Below are positions 50,544 to 63,500 of a DNA stretch of 64,000 nt, piece after piece. The stretch is from Dendrobates tinctorius (Eukaryota), in NCBI RefSeq assembly GCF_039654945.1, contig NW_027361709.1, forward strand, positions 2,790,001 to 2,854,000. The letters run 5' to 3'. The stretch's first letter is position 1; each line of letters begins with the position of its first letter. The notes under the pieces were generated by a model that was given only the letters and a program-made list of their open reading frames with translations, ran no database searches and was not told the DNA's origin. Both the position numbers and the translations under genes were made by a program.

Positions 50544-53500
50544 ATGCAGGTGATTCTACCTCTGCTGCTGGGAATTGCTGTGGTGTCTGCAGCTCCACCA
50601 GGTAATGCTGATGGGTACATACTGCTAACTGTAGTAATACCGCTATGACAGATCAGTGGTCATGCAAAATGCAGATGTTTACAGCAGTCTCCGCAAATGG
50701 TACACGTGATCACAGTCCATTTGGATAGATGCAGAAAATGAATGCAACATTACTGCACCCTGGTCAGTTTTTGAAACTCTCTTGCTTGGAAGGGGAACAG
50801 TTCTGATTTTTCCTTTAACACTCTCACCCCTCCTATCCCTTGTCAAAAAAATACAATGTACGTAACCCTAAAATATAATTTTACTAGGTAGATACTGAAA
50901 GTAGTTTGCAGTAGCATCAACAAATTGTTGCGGCACGTATAGTTTATATTAGACTATTAAAACTGTTGTAAAACCTCAACACTTTTTTTGTTTTTTTGTT
51001 CTCCCCTCTAGTGATGAGCGAGCATGCTTGGATAAGGTGTTATCCCACCAGGCTTGTGTCCTAATCAAGTATTTTTGGCATGCTCGAAAAAAAAATAAAA
51101 ATGTTCGGGTCGTCATGGCTGCATGTCTCGTGGCTGATTGACAGCTGTAACACGTGCAGAGATTGCCGAATAGACGCAAGACATGCGGCCGTGACGACTC
51201 GAGCATTTTTTTCGAGCTCACTGAAAATACTCGATGGGATCAGGAAATGCGATTTAATAATCTCTAAATTTGACAAATCTGTATGTATATAGTTTACCAT
51301 CTATGTTCACAAATGGATTCAGTAGTGAAACCTCCCCCCCCTTATTAACCAGGCAATTTGGAGATCCTGCACAAGTTCTCTTCACACTGTATCAATGGGA
51401 TGGTATAAACCAGGACCGAGCCCCTTGTTCTCAAGGGCCCCATAGAAGCTGCATCGAGGAACTTTTAACATTGCCAATGCCCAAATTGTGGGTAAAGCCA
51501 CCCAACTCTCGCTTGCTTTTTTTTTCTTCAGAAAGATGGGTCAACGACTACGATCAAGTTCTCCACTTCGCGTGTCAGAGTCACCAGAGCATTAACTTAA
51601 TAATCAGGTAATAAAACACAAAGATTGCCCTGGAATAGATAGGGCAGAAGAGCTGGGCTGGCGGCACAAGTGCCTTTACTGATCTACATTGGTGTTGCTA
51701 GACTAGACACCTTTAGGTCCTGCCACTGCGGTGCCTGGGAACACCCACAAATCGAGAGGGCCTGCCAACTTTTGGGTTTGCATAAACATCCCTAAAAATT
51801 TTCCAGGATTTTATCTGAATAATTGGGAAGTCCTGGAATTTTTGCCAACTATGTGCACTCCAGGTTCTAGAGTGCTGCCAATATGTCACTTTGCTGTGGC
51901 CAGGACATTACACACATTGTTAGGAAGCTGTGAATTCTTGCCTTGAATTGCAGGGGATTGTACTTAAGGTCCTGAGTAGCAAATGTGCCCAGCTGTAGAT
52001 TAATACATGAGAGATAGGAATTGGGCCCTCAAAACAGCAGTTGAATGCTCACATGCAGGACCTCCATAGAGCTACTAGGACTTTGGTTACACCCATGAAT
52101 AAGAAAATGAGCTTGATACAACCCCCTTAGAGCGGTAACTGTGGCCTCCTATATTCATGTACCATATATTACTTATCCTGTTCTACTTTCTTCCAGCATC
52201 CACAACAATAAGGCTGAGGATCGTGTCTGGGATTTCGGCTGCCAGAACACCTTTAATTATCCAGGTTCCTGTTATTGGACGAATTACGTCAATGAGTTTG
52301 ACCAGGAGTTTACGTTCGTGTGTCCATTTGGCTCAGTTCTGAGTGGAATGGATAGCTACCATGACAATGGAAAAGAAGACAGGAGGTAAAACTATTTTTT
52401 TCCCCAGCAGTTTGAGGGAAACCTCTGAATACTTTTTTTTTTTTTTTACTTCATTTGTATATTCCTGGTTAAGGAATAGTGTTTTGGATTTGCTTCTAAT
52501 TTTTTTAAGGGGTGCAATCATATCAACGTTATAATAAGAGCTGCTGCTTTTTGGGATAAAACCATGATACTTCTCAATTCTTTGCAAATTAGCGGTCTTC
52601 CAGAAGGAAAGCAGTCTCCTTGGCGCGATCCACTGGAGAAAGTTCACGTATCATGTTTTTAAGATTAGCAGATTATTGATGTCAGGTAAAAATGTATTTT
52701 TTAAAAATATCAAATAATTTTTAGATGGAGATTTCTTTGCTGTGATGGAGAGACGGCCGTTCAAAGAAACTGCAAGTGGAGCGGCTATGTCAATGAATTT
52801 GACGAGTACCTACGATGGGATGCATCGCCAAATTATCACCTTGTTGGGGCTCAAAGTTATCATGACAACAGTAAGGAGTAGGTATCTACACTGGGACATG
52901 GAATATAATGATCAATATTCAGAAACCTTTTCTATATGTTCAGTAGAACCCTTAAAGGGATAGTCTCAAATGCAAAACAGCAAATTTTCCCTGCAGGGGG
53001 AAACGCATTATTACATGACATTCACCTAAGAAGTTGTGCAGTCACGTAACCCTCAGAGATGGCTCAGTCAAATTGTACCCCAGAGAAAGCCAAGTCACGT
53101 GCCCCATCCCAAAATACAAGGTGCACACCATGGGATACTGCCTTCTGTCTCTTCTAAATGAGTTGAGTTCTTGCCAGTAGAGGAAGGGGGAGCTCTGGCA
53201 TAGAATATATTCCTGGCATACAGAATTAAATGAGCATATTTCCTGTCTTGTGAAATTTGCAGACATGACTGGCCCAAGGATTCACATGCTCATGTGAACT
53301 TGACCTTAAAAGGGCTGTCCCATTAAAGAACATATCACCTGTCCACAGGAGTGGTGATCAATGTATGATCCCTACAGAAATCCCAGCTAGACATGAGACT
53401 GGGGGTCCTAAAGTTCTCTGTGTGTATGGAGCAGAAGTGATCATGTGCGACCACTGATCCATCCTGTATCTATAGCAATGAAGGTCGCACATGCTTGTTC

Positions 53501-54152
53501 CCGTTCTTGGTGGCGGTCTGATTTTAGATCAGATAGGTGTTTGTATTTTTTATGTGTCATCTGAAATTCACCCTATTGTTTAAATAAGTTTTTGAAAATG
53601 TTTTGCATTTATGGGGCCGCCCCATACAGGTAACTACTGTTCATGGTGCATGCTTCGTGTGAATTTTCCAGGTGATTTTGGGTGCAGAAAATCTTCAGCA
53701 TGATAATGTACTAGCCAAAAGTGTTTGTTAATTGCCCTGTGTTGCCAATTTTAAATCTTTAATATGTCAATTATTTGTGCATAATTAATTGCGGTCTTAT
53801 CTATTTTCAATCTTTCGGGTTAAATTGTCAACAAAATCCAAGTGTAGTGGCTGCAGAGTTTCATAGGAAAATGCAGGGGAAGTGCTACAGAGAATCCACG
53901 TCAAATCAGCTATTAATCCAGGTCCCTTTCAATTGATAGAGGAACATGTGGCGGCATACAGAGCGCCTGATCCTATGTATTAATGCGGACCCCTGGAGAG
54001 TTCCTGTACGGGGTCCGGGCATGAATCCCAAGTCAATACTATCTGTTTTGCTGAATTATCATTGTTGACATTTTTTTTCTTTGCTCAACTATCAATCTGA
54101 TTTGTTTTGCAGGGACAGACGCTGGAATTATTACTCATGTGAGAAGAACTAA
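50544..54152 (+). CDS. hemagglutinin/amebocyte aggregation factor-like secreted protein (dermatopontin family), copy B, 171 aa
   Basis: Exons 50544-50601, 51532-51607, 52197-52385, 52725-52877, 54113-54152. CDS identical by eye to copy A. Confidence 0.92.
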
Positions 54153-54518
54153 CTAATTATTGCAAATACTGAGGATCATCGGCACGTCGTATGCCAGACC
54201 ATAACGTATCAGGCAAAACTAAAGATCAATAATTAGGGGTTGATCAAAATAAAATAAAAACAAAATAAAATAAAAATAAAAACAAAAAAAAAAGCACGCC
54301 GGATTGTTCTCAAAACATTGCCACACTTCTCAGTTGGTTGTTTATGGTATTGCAGATCAACTCTATTGAGTCTGTACCATACGCCTGCTGTGGACAGAGG
54401 TGACACAGTTTTTAGAAGAGAATCAATATTTAATTTCAGCCTGTACATTTAGTTCTGAGTAAACAAATAAAGGAAAATTTTCAAATCAGAACATTTCCTG
54501 TTTCTGCTTTTTATTTTC

Positions 54519-55131
54519 TGTCATGCCGGCGCCGCCTGTCATGCCGGGTCCCGCTTCCCTTGCCGCTCCTCCCAGGGTCTTCCCCCAGCTCCCCGCTCAT
54601 GCCGCCGCTCAGCGCCCTCAGCCTCCCGTCCTGCAGCCCAGGGGATCCAGCATGATGGTTCTCCTTCTTGTCTGGCTCTTGTTCCAGGCATGCGCCTTAG
54701 GCCGCGGGCGCGCGCTCTTCTCTCCCCTAACCCCTTCTGCACCATCCCTGTGGAGCGATCTCTAATCAAGCTCCAGCACAGGGTATATCAGGCGGCTCCT
54801 CCCTCATGGAGGCGCCTGATTATCGTGTGCCTTCCTGTTGGTCACTTTGGCCCCGTCCTGTCGCTCCTGACTCCGGTAGCTCCTGACTCCGGTCGCTTCT
54901 GACTTCAGTTACTCCTGACTCTACTGGCTCCTGACTCCGGTCGTTCTTGGCCCTCTGCCTTGTTGTCTCATCCTCTCTTGAGCCGCCCCTCTTAGTATCA
55001 GCTGTCGCGGTATTCGACTCCTTCGGGCCTACTCCTAACGGTCCCTGTATAGGGGTCGGCACCACCTGGCCAGCTCGCTCCAGGGACCTAGGTACCGCGA
55101 CCCAGAGGGTCCACTCTTGCTACACCTCACA
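54519..55131 (+). mobile_element. solo LTR (Gypsy), copy B of 38066-38743
   Basis: TG...CA ends, TSD TTTTC, same insertion point as in copy A. Confidence 0.88.
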
Positions 55132-56351
55132 TTTTCTAACCTGCACATGGTCTCTACATGTTCTGAGGATGAAATGACCCTAAAAGGGCCCAGAAATCCC
55201 CATTTACTCCCCACTCAGACCTATGCGGCTCCTCCACACTCACCACTGTGTCTGTTGTAATCAACATCTGGCAGGGGCATCATGTGGCCGCTGCAGACAA
55301 TCAGAAGCCACTGATTGCCTGCAGCCTTCTCAGTTCAGTCTGAACAATTTCTTCCTGTTCAGAAGGAATGAGGTTGCAGCAGATCAGTAGCCCATGCTTG
55401 AATGAACAATAAATACTTTTTTTTTTAATAATTTGTCTTTGATAAGTTTTTATTATTTTTTATGCTGTTTATTAGTCCCTTTAGTGTAATAATTTGTATC
55501 CATTGTTCTTAGTGGGTCTGATTCAATGATAGGTCAAAGAATGAAGCATAAGAATAACTATATGAAAATGTGTAAAGGCCCTTTAATCACAAAAAAAAAA
55601 AAATGTTCCCACTGAATTTCTGCCCTGCCACAATATGACCTTTCAGTGATCTTCTTAACTCAGGAGAAATTGTTAATGAGGACAAGGCAGCTGATATCAC
55701 TCCATCATAGTGACTGAAAAAGAACAGACTGGTTGCTTTATAATGGTGCTGGAACTTGAAATCACTTCTGGTAAACAACTTACCTGCTAGTGAAACATGT
55801 ACAGTCATCATTCATTTTCATTGAAAGAGATTTACAGTCAAGGACATTGCTACTTGTAAGATTGCCCCTAAATAAACCATTTATCAGTTCATCAAGAACT
55901 TTACGAAAGGTTCCACTGCTGTGAAGGAAGCTTCAGAACACCCAAGAAAGTCCAGCAAATGCCCGGACTGACTCCTAAAAAAGATTCAGCTATGGGATTG
56001 ATTCATCTCCAATGCAGAGCATGCTCTGGGATGGGAGCAGGCAGGTGTCAGTGCATTTGCACACACAGATCCTCTAAGAACAATTTCTCCCATCATCCAG
56101 CACAATGTGATGATAGACAATGTTCCCCAATGATAGAGACCAGTTCATAATGCAAATGTGAGAATTAAGTGTTTCGGGGAACAAAACGATTCCACGACCA
56201 GGAAATTCAGCAGATCTTAGTCCCATTGAGAACCTATGGTCAATCTCGCAAAAAGTGACAAAACCCAGAAATTGTGATAACTCTGAGCTCTGATGAGGCA
56301 AGAGCGGGCAACCGTTAGTCAGGATTAGCCCAGAAGCCGATATCCAGCTGT

Positions 56352-59300
56352 TGGGAGAAGGGCAGAAGTCTGGAGAATAAGGGGCAGGAGTCCGGAGAAT
56401 AAGGGGCAGGAGTCTGGGGATTAAGGGGCACAAGTCTGGAGAAAAAGGGGCAGGAGTCTGGAGAATAAGGAGCAGGAGTCTGGAGAATAAGGCGCAGGAG
56501 TCTGGGGATTAAGGGGCAGAAGTCTGGAGAGAAAGGGGCAGGAGTCTGAAGATATAAGGGGCAGAAGTCTGGAGAATAAGGAGCAGGAGTCTGGGGATTA
56601 AGGGACCGAAGTTTGAAGATATAAGGGTATAAGGGGCAGGAGTGTGGAGAATAAGGGGCAGAATTGTGGGGAATAAGGGGCAGGAGTGTGGGGAATAAAG
56701 GGCAGGAGTGAGGGGAATAAGAGGCAGGAGTGTGGAGAATAAGGGGCAGGAGTGTGGAGGATAAGAGGCAGGAGCGTGGGGAATAAGAGGCAGAATTGTG
56801 GGGAATAAGGGGCAGAAGTCTGAAGATATAAGGGGCAGGAGTGTGGAGAATAAGGGGCAGAATTGTGGGGAATAAGGGGCAGGAGTGTGGGGAATAAAGG
56901 GCAGGAGTGTGGGGAATAAGAGGCAGGAGTGTGGGGAATAAAGGGCAGGAGTGAGGGGAATAAGGGGCAGGAGCATGGGGAATGAGGGGCAGGAGTGTGG
57001 GGAATAAGAGGCAGGAGTGTGGGGAATAAGAGGCAGGAGTGTGGAGAATAAGAGGCAGAATTGTGGAGAATAAGGGGCAGGAGTGTGGGGAATAAGGGGC
57101 TGGAGTGTGGAGGATAAGGGGCAGGAGCGTGGGGAATAAGAGGCAGAATTGTGAAGAATAAGGGGCAGGAGTGTGGAGAATAAGGGGCAGGAGTGTGGAG
57201 AATAAGGGGCAGGAGTGTGGAGAATAAGGGGCATGAGTGTGGAGAATAAGGGGCAGGAGTGTGGAGAATAAGGGGCAGGAGTGAGGGGAATAAGAGGCAG
57301 AAGTGTGGAAAATAAGGGGCAGGAGTGTGGAGGATAAGGGGCAGGAATCTGGAGGGTAAGGGGCAGGAGTGTGGAGGATAAGGGGCAGGAATCTGGAGGG
57401 TAAGGGGCAGGAGTGTGGGGAATAAGAGGCAGAAGTGTGGAGAATAAGGGGCAGGAGTTTGGAGGATAAGGGGCAGGAGTGTGGAGGATAAGGGGCAGGA
57501 GTGTGGAGGATAATGGGCAGGAGTGTGGAGAATAAGGGGCAGGAGTCAGGGGATTAAGGGGCACAAGTCTGGAGAAAAAGGGGCAGGTGTTGTGAGTTAA
57601 TTTTCCCCTTCGTCACTGGGGTCTGGTGAACTCCCTATTCTGGTGAAGGAAGGTAGTGAGCCTGATTATCAGGCACCTGAGTCTAATGAGGATGACTGGC
57701 TGAGTGGAGTCACAGACTGGATATAAGGCTGCCGACGCCCTTCTGCCCTGCGGGTGATTTCTCTGTGGACTTCTAGGACACCAGTCTGATTCCTGCTCCC
57801 TAAAGCTAAGTTTTCTGTTTTGGCTGTTAGCCTTTTTGTTTTGTTTTTTGTTTTCCTTGCTTTTCAGTATTCTGCCATCCCCTGCTGGGGTGAGCTGAAT
57901 CTCCTTTTGCCTGTAGCTCTGTCTTCAGTATATTCCTGAGTGCTGACATAGCTTTTTGAAGCCTAGCGTCTTCAGGGCCTATTTCACTGTCAGTTTGTTG
58001 GCTCTTATTTTCATAGGGTTTTTCACAGATTGCAGACAGCAGCCTTCCTGTCTTTTTCTATCAAGTTAGCTTGGGCCCCTCTTTGCTCAGTCTATGTTTC
58101 TGTCTGTGTTAGTATTTTCATCTTGCTTCACCGTCATTATATGTTGGGGACTGCCTGTTGCTTTGGGGTCTGCTCTGGGGCAGTTTAGATTTCCCCTTTC
58201 TTTCTTTAGGCCTATTTAATTCTCCGGCTGTGATCGAGGGGTCTAGGGCATCGTAGGAACCCCCCATGGCTACTGCTAGTTGTGTTGATAGGTTCAGGGG
58301 TCTGCAATCCGATAGCTGCCAACTTCTCTGGTTTTCTGGACTTAGCTAGCATTTCTGTTTTTGCCTCCTACGGTGACTCAATCATAACAGGCAGGAGTCT
58401 GGAGAATAAGGAGCAGGAGTCTGGAGAATAAGGCGCAGGATTGTGGAGGATAAGGGGCAGGAGTCTGGAGAATAAGGGGCATGAGTGTGAAGGATAAGGG
58501 GCAGGAGTCTGGAGAATAAGGAGCAGGAGTCTGGGGATTAAGGGGCAGAAGTCTGGAGAAAAAGGGGCAGGAGTCTGAAGATGTAAGGGGCAGAAGTCTG
58601 AAGATATAAGGGGGAGAAGTCTGGAGAATAAGGGGCAGGAGTCTGGGGATTAAGGGACCGAAGTTTGAAGATATAAGGGGCAGAAGTCTAAATATATAAG
58701 GGGCAGGAGTGTGGAGAATAAGAGGCAGAAATATGGGGAATAAGGGGCAGGAGTGTGAGGAATAAGAGGCAGAAGTGTGGGGAATAAAGGGCAGGAGTGA
58801 GGGGAATAAGGGGCAGGAGTATGGGGAATAAGGGGCAGGAGTGTGGGGAATAAGAGGCAGGAGTGTGGGGAATAAGAGGCAGGAGTGTGGAGAATAAGAA
58901 GCAGAATTGTGGAGAATAAGGGGCAGGAGTGTGGGGAATAAGGGGCATTAGTGTGGAGAATAAGGGGCAGGAGTGTGGAGAATAAGGGGCAGGAGTGTGG
59001 AGAATAAGGGGCAGGAGTGTGGATGATAAGGGGCAGGAGTGTGGAGAATAAGGGGTAGGAGTGTGGAGAATAAGGGGCAGAAGTCTGGGGAATAAGGGGA
59101 AGGAGTGTGGAGAATAAGGGGCAGTAGTGTGGAGGATAAGGGGCAGAAGTGTGGAGGATAAGGGGCAGGAGTGTGGAGGATAAGGGGCAGGAGTGTGGAT
59201 GATAAGGGGCAGAAGTGTGGAGAATAAGGGGCAGGAGTGTGGAGGATAAGGGGCAGGAGTGTGGAGAATAAGGGGCAGGAGTGTGGAGAATAAGGGGCAG

Positions 59301-59391
59301 GAGTGTGGAGAATAAGGGGCAGGAGTGTGGAGGATAAGGGGCAGGAGTGTGGGGAATAAGGGGCAGAAGTCTGGGGAATAAGGGGCAGGAG
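56352..59391 (+). repeat. 22-bp G-rich minisatellite, copy B, interrupted by a solo LTR
   Basis: Same unit as 39972-42470. Confidence 0.96.
57588..58389 (+). mobile_element. solo LTR inserted in the 22-bp array
   Basis: TGTTGTGA...TCATAACA inverted ends, GGCAGG on both sides, TATA-like ATATAAGG at 57721. Confidence 0.82.
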
Positions 59392-59531
59392 CGTGGTCCT
59401 GCCCCAAACGATCCCTGTATAGGGGTCGGTCTTCACCTGGCGTGCTCGGCCCAGGGGCTCCGGATCCCCGATCCAGAGGGTCCACTCTCTGACGTAGTTT
59501 TTACCTAAAAACGTTACAGTATCATCAGGCC

Positions 59532-60558
59532 ATAGACCCCGCCGGTGCCGCGGCTGCCACTCAGAAAGAACTGCTTTTCTTAAGGGAGAATCAGACCCGA
59601 ATTATGTCATTCATGAAGTCCATGGACACCCGGCTCTCCGCCCTGCAAACCGCTGACCCAGCGCATGCTCCTCTCTTAGCCAGCCACCAGCAGGAGCTCG
59701 CGCAACAGCGCGATGCGCAATCTCACATTTTGGGGTATATGGCGTCCGTGGATGATCGGCTGCTTGCTCTGCAGTCCTCCGCGGCCGCTTCTACCCAAGC
59801 CCGGGACGCTGTCTCATCCCCACCTCCCAGTCTTGGAAAGCCGCTCAGGTACTGTGGGGACCCAAAGTTGTGTAGGGGTTTTTTAAACCAGTGCAGACTG
59901 CACTTTGAGCTTCTGCCCCAACAATACCCCACGGATCGTGCTAAGGTGGCCTTTATAGTGTCCCATCTAGAGGGAGAGGCGTTGGCTTGGGTGAATCCGT
60001 TGTGGGAGAGGGATGACCCGGTGGTTACTAATATCCTGAGTTTTTTGGAAACATTTCGTAAGGTGTTTGATGAACCCGGGCGCCTTGCTTCCTCTACGGA
60101 GGCCCTTTTTAACCTCCGCCAGGGGTCCCTTACGGTAGGGCAATACGCCATCCGTTTTCGGACCTTGTCCTCGGAGCTGGGGTGGAATAATGAAGCCCTT
60201 GTTAGGTGCCTTTTGGAGAGGCCTTTCTAGTAAAATCAAGGATGAGCTGGCCGGGCGTGACTCCCCAACCACCCTGGAAGATCTCATCTCTCTAGCTACT
60301 CGTATTGATCTGCGTTTTCAGGAACGCCCTAGAGAGTCAGCCAGGGAGAAGAGGCCCTTTAGATTATACCAAGCCCCCATTCCGCGCGCTGTTGCTCCCT
60401 CTAGTAACTCTGCTCCTGAGCCTATGCAGGTGGATCGCGTCAAGCTGTCCGAACAACGGCGCAAGGAGAGGATGACTAATGGACTCTGTTTATATTGTGG
60501 AGGGGCCAATCACTTCGTACGCACTTGTCCTGAGAGACCGGGAAACGCATCCACCTAG
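59532..60558 (+). pseudogene. Gypsy gag (capsid plus CCHC knuckle), disrupted
   Basis: The probable start reads ATA-GAC-CCC-GCC (decayed ATG). Motifs PLRYCGDPKLCRGFLNQC, AKVAFIVSHLEGEALAW, EPMQV and CLYCGGANHFVRTC. One-base frameshift at ~60201-60204. Confidence 0.88.
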
Positions 60559-63500
60559 GCCAGGTAGGAGATGGCCGCCTAGGTGATCAGACCCCCTCTC
60601 TTCCACTTACTCTTTCAGCTCTGCTTATTACAGGTCGGGGGCGTGGCTCCGTGGAGTCGTATGTGGACTCGGGCGCAGCAGGCAACTTCATCCGCCAGGA
60701 AGAGGTTGACAAACTCCAGATTCCCGTGGTCGTCCTAAGTAATCCGCGAGCAATCACCTCCGTCGATGGCAAACCTCTGCCTGGACTCATCACCACGGTT
60801 ACCACTGAAGTTAAGCTACAAATTGGCGCACTTCACTCCGAGTGGATTGCCTTTTATGTCCTGCCTCAACTATCCCACGCCATTCTATTAGGGTTACCTT
60901 GGCTTAGGCGGCATGAGCCAGTTGTCGACTGGCGCTCCGGGGAGATCTTGCGCTGGGGGCACGCCTGCCATGCAAGCTGTTTGCGTACCCTTGTTCGTTC
61001 CCATTCTCTGCCTAGGCCAACGGATCTCCCGGGCCTTCCTGTTCCATACCACGCCTACGCTGATGTTTTCTGCAAGAAGGAAGCGGATTCCCTGCCTCCA
61101 CATCGGTCCTATGACTGCCCTATCGACGTGATTCCCGGAGCTGTCCCTCCCAGAGGAAGAACGTACCCTCTTTCTCCAGCCGAGACCTCTGCCATGACGG
61201 AATATATTCATGAAAACCTGTCCAAGGGGTTTATCCGGAAGTCCTCTTCTCCTGCGGGCGCAGGTTTTTTCTTCGTCCGGAAGAAAGACGGATCTCTGCG
61301 GCCTTGTATAGATTACCGGGGCCTAAACAATATCACCGTTAAAAATCGATATCCCCTTCCGTTGATTCTGGAGCTCTTTGACCGGCTGAGAGGAGCTCGG
61401 ATCTTCACGAAGTTAGATCTGCGGGGAGCCTACAATTTGGTCCGGATCCGCGCAGGGGATGAGTGGAAAATGGCCTTCAATACCCGTGACGGGCATTATG
61501 AATACTTAGTCATGCCATTCGGCCTTTGCAATGCCCCAGCTGTGTTTCAAGAATTTATCAACGAGGTGTTCCGGGATCTGCTCTATTCCTGTGTGGTCGT
61601 GTATCTAGACGACATTATCGTTTTCTCGCCCGATCTGCCCTCCCATCGCAAGAGCGTACGCTTGGTCTTGCATCGCCTTCGAGAGAATCAACTCTACGCC
61701 AAGATTGAGAAATGCCTTTTTGAGCAGACGTCATTGCCCTTCTTGGGATGTATCGTCACCGATTCCGGTCTGAAGATGGATCCCGAAAAACTCAGTGCGG
61801 TACTCAAGTGGCCCCGTCCAGTGGGGATAAAGGCCATCCAGCGGTTCCTTGGGTTCGCAAACTATTACCGTCAATTCGTGCCTCATTTTTCTACGGTTAC
61901 TAAACCCATCACGGCCTTGACCCATAAGGGAACGAAGCCCAACAGCTGGTCCCCCGAAGCTGAAAACGCCTTCCTGGCTCTGAAACGTTCTTTTCCATCG
62001 GCACCCATCTTGCATCGGCCAGTGACCAGCAGGCCCTTCGTCCTAGAGGTGGATGCCTCCTCCACTGGAGCGGGGGCGGTCCTGTCCCAGCAGGCTTCAT
62101 CCGGACGGCTGGCCCCTTGCGGCTTCTTTTCTAAAGCCTTTTCGCCTGCGGAGTGCAACTACTCCATTGGAGACCGGGAATTACTTGCCATTAAGATGGC
62201 CTTGGCTGAATGGCGGTATTTACTCGAGGGGGCTGTACATCCCTTCACCATCCTCACGGACCACAAGAATCTGGCTTACCTGCAGTCTGCCCAAAGACTC
62301 AATGCCCGGCAAGCCAGGTGGGCCCTGTATTTCTCCCGCTTTGACTTTCAACTTCACTTTCGACCTGGTAATAGGAACATCAAGGCCGATGCCCTTTCCA
62401 GGTCGTTACAGTCACCGGAGAGGGATGAAGACCCATCCTATATTATCGAGCCTACTAAGATGATCACCGTGGCTCCTGTGAATTTTTCTACTCCTCCGCC
62501 TGGTAAAACTTTCGTCCCTCAAGGCAGACGTTCAGAGGTGTTGCGCTGGGGGCATTCCTCCAAAGTTGCTGGACACGTTGGGACTAAGAAGACTCTCTTG
62601 CTGCTTTCCCGGTATTACTGGTGGCCCACACTTCGCCAGGATGTGATGGACTATGTAGCTTCGTGCACAACCTGTGCCCAGAACAAGGTGGCTAGGGCTT
62701 TGCCCGCCGGTCTTCTTCACCCATTACCAGTTCCTGAGGCTCCCTGGCAGCAAATCGCCATGGATTTTGTGACTGATTTACTCCGCTCAGCTGGATGTAC
62801 CACCATCTTAGTCGTAGCAGATCGTTTTTCCAAGATGGCCCACTTTGTTCCCTTACCGGGACTGCCGTCCGCCCCGAAGTTGGCCGAGATCTTCATCCAC
62901 CAGATCTTCAGGCTACATGGTCTTCCTCAGCGGATTGTGTCGGATCGGGGGGTCCAGTTCACCTCTCGCTTCTGAAGGGCTCTCTGCCGGCTTATAGGTA
63001 CATCTCTCGACTTCTCCTCTGCATACCATCCTCAGACCAACGGGCAAGTGGAGCGAATTAATCAGGTGTTAACCACCTTCCTATGTCACTTCTCCAATGC
63101 CCATCAGGACAATTGGGTCGCGCTCCTACCTTGGGCTGAATTCTCGCACAATAACCATCCCAGCGAATCTACCGCCAAGTCACCATTCTTTGTGGTAACC
63201 GGTCAAAATCCAGGTATTCCGTTACCTTTTTCCACGTCTACGGGAGTGCCCGCAGCTGATTCTCTCGCAATGGAATTCTCGCAGATTTGGAGAGAGACCA
63301 GGGAAGCGCTCAAGAGTGCCAACAACCGAATCAAGAAACATGCAGACAAAAGACGAAAGGACGTGCCTCCGTACCATCCAGGTGACAAAGTCTGGCTTTC
63401 TACTCGACATATCCGTCTGAGAGTTCCCTCTTACAAGTTGAGTCCTCGGTACATTGGGCCGTTTGAAGTGATTAGACGCATTAATGAAGTGGCTTATAAG

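Larger units (their letters stand above)
28994..59391 (+). repeat. younger tandem segmental duplication carrying the HAAF-like gene: ~28994-42470 and ~42468-59391
   Basis: Collinear throughout (40-bp array, Helitron end, promoter, five exons, solo LTR, Tc1 relic, 22-bp array). The junction GGCAGGA|TACTTGGCATC has GGA microhomology. Confidence 0.92.

Noticed and set aside
53908-54032. About 125 bp present only in intron 4 of copy B
   Set aside because: No TSD, and only TCA microhomology; probably a deletion in copy A from an old repeat rather than a new element.
59532-62975. APOBEC-style G-to-A hypermutation (ATG to ATA, TGG to TGA)
   Set aside because: Only two sites, which cannot be told from ordinary transitions without a consensus.
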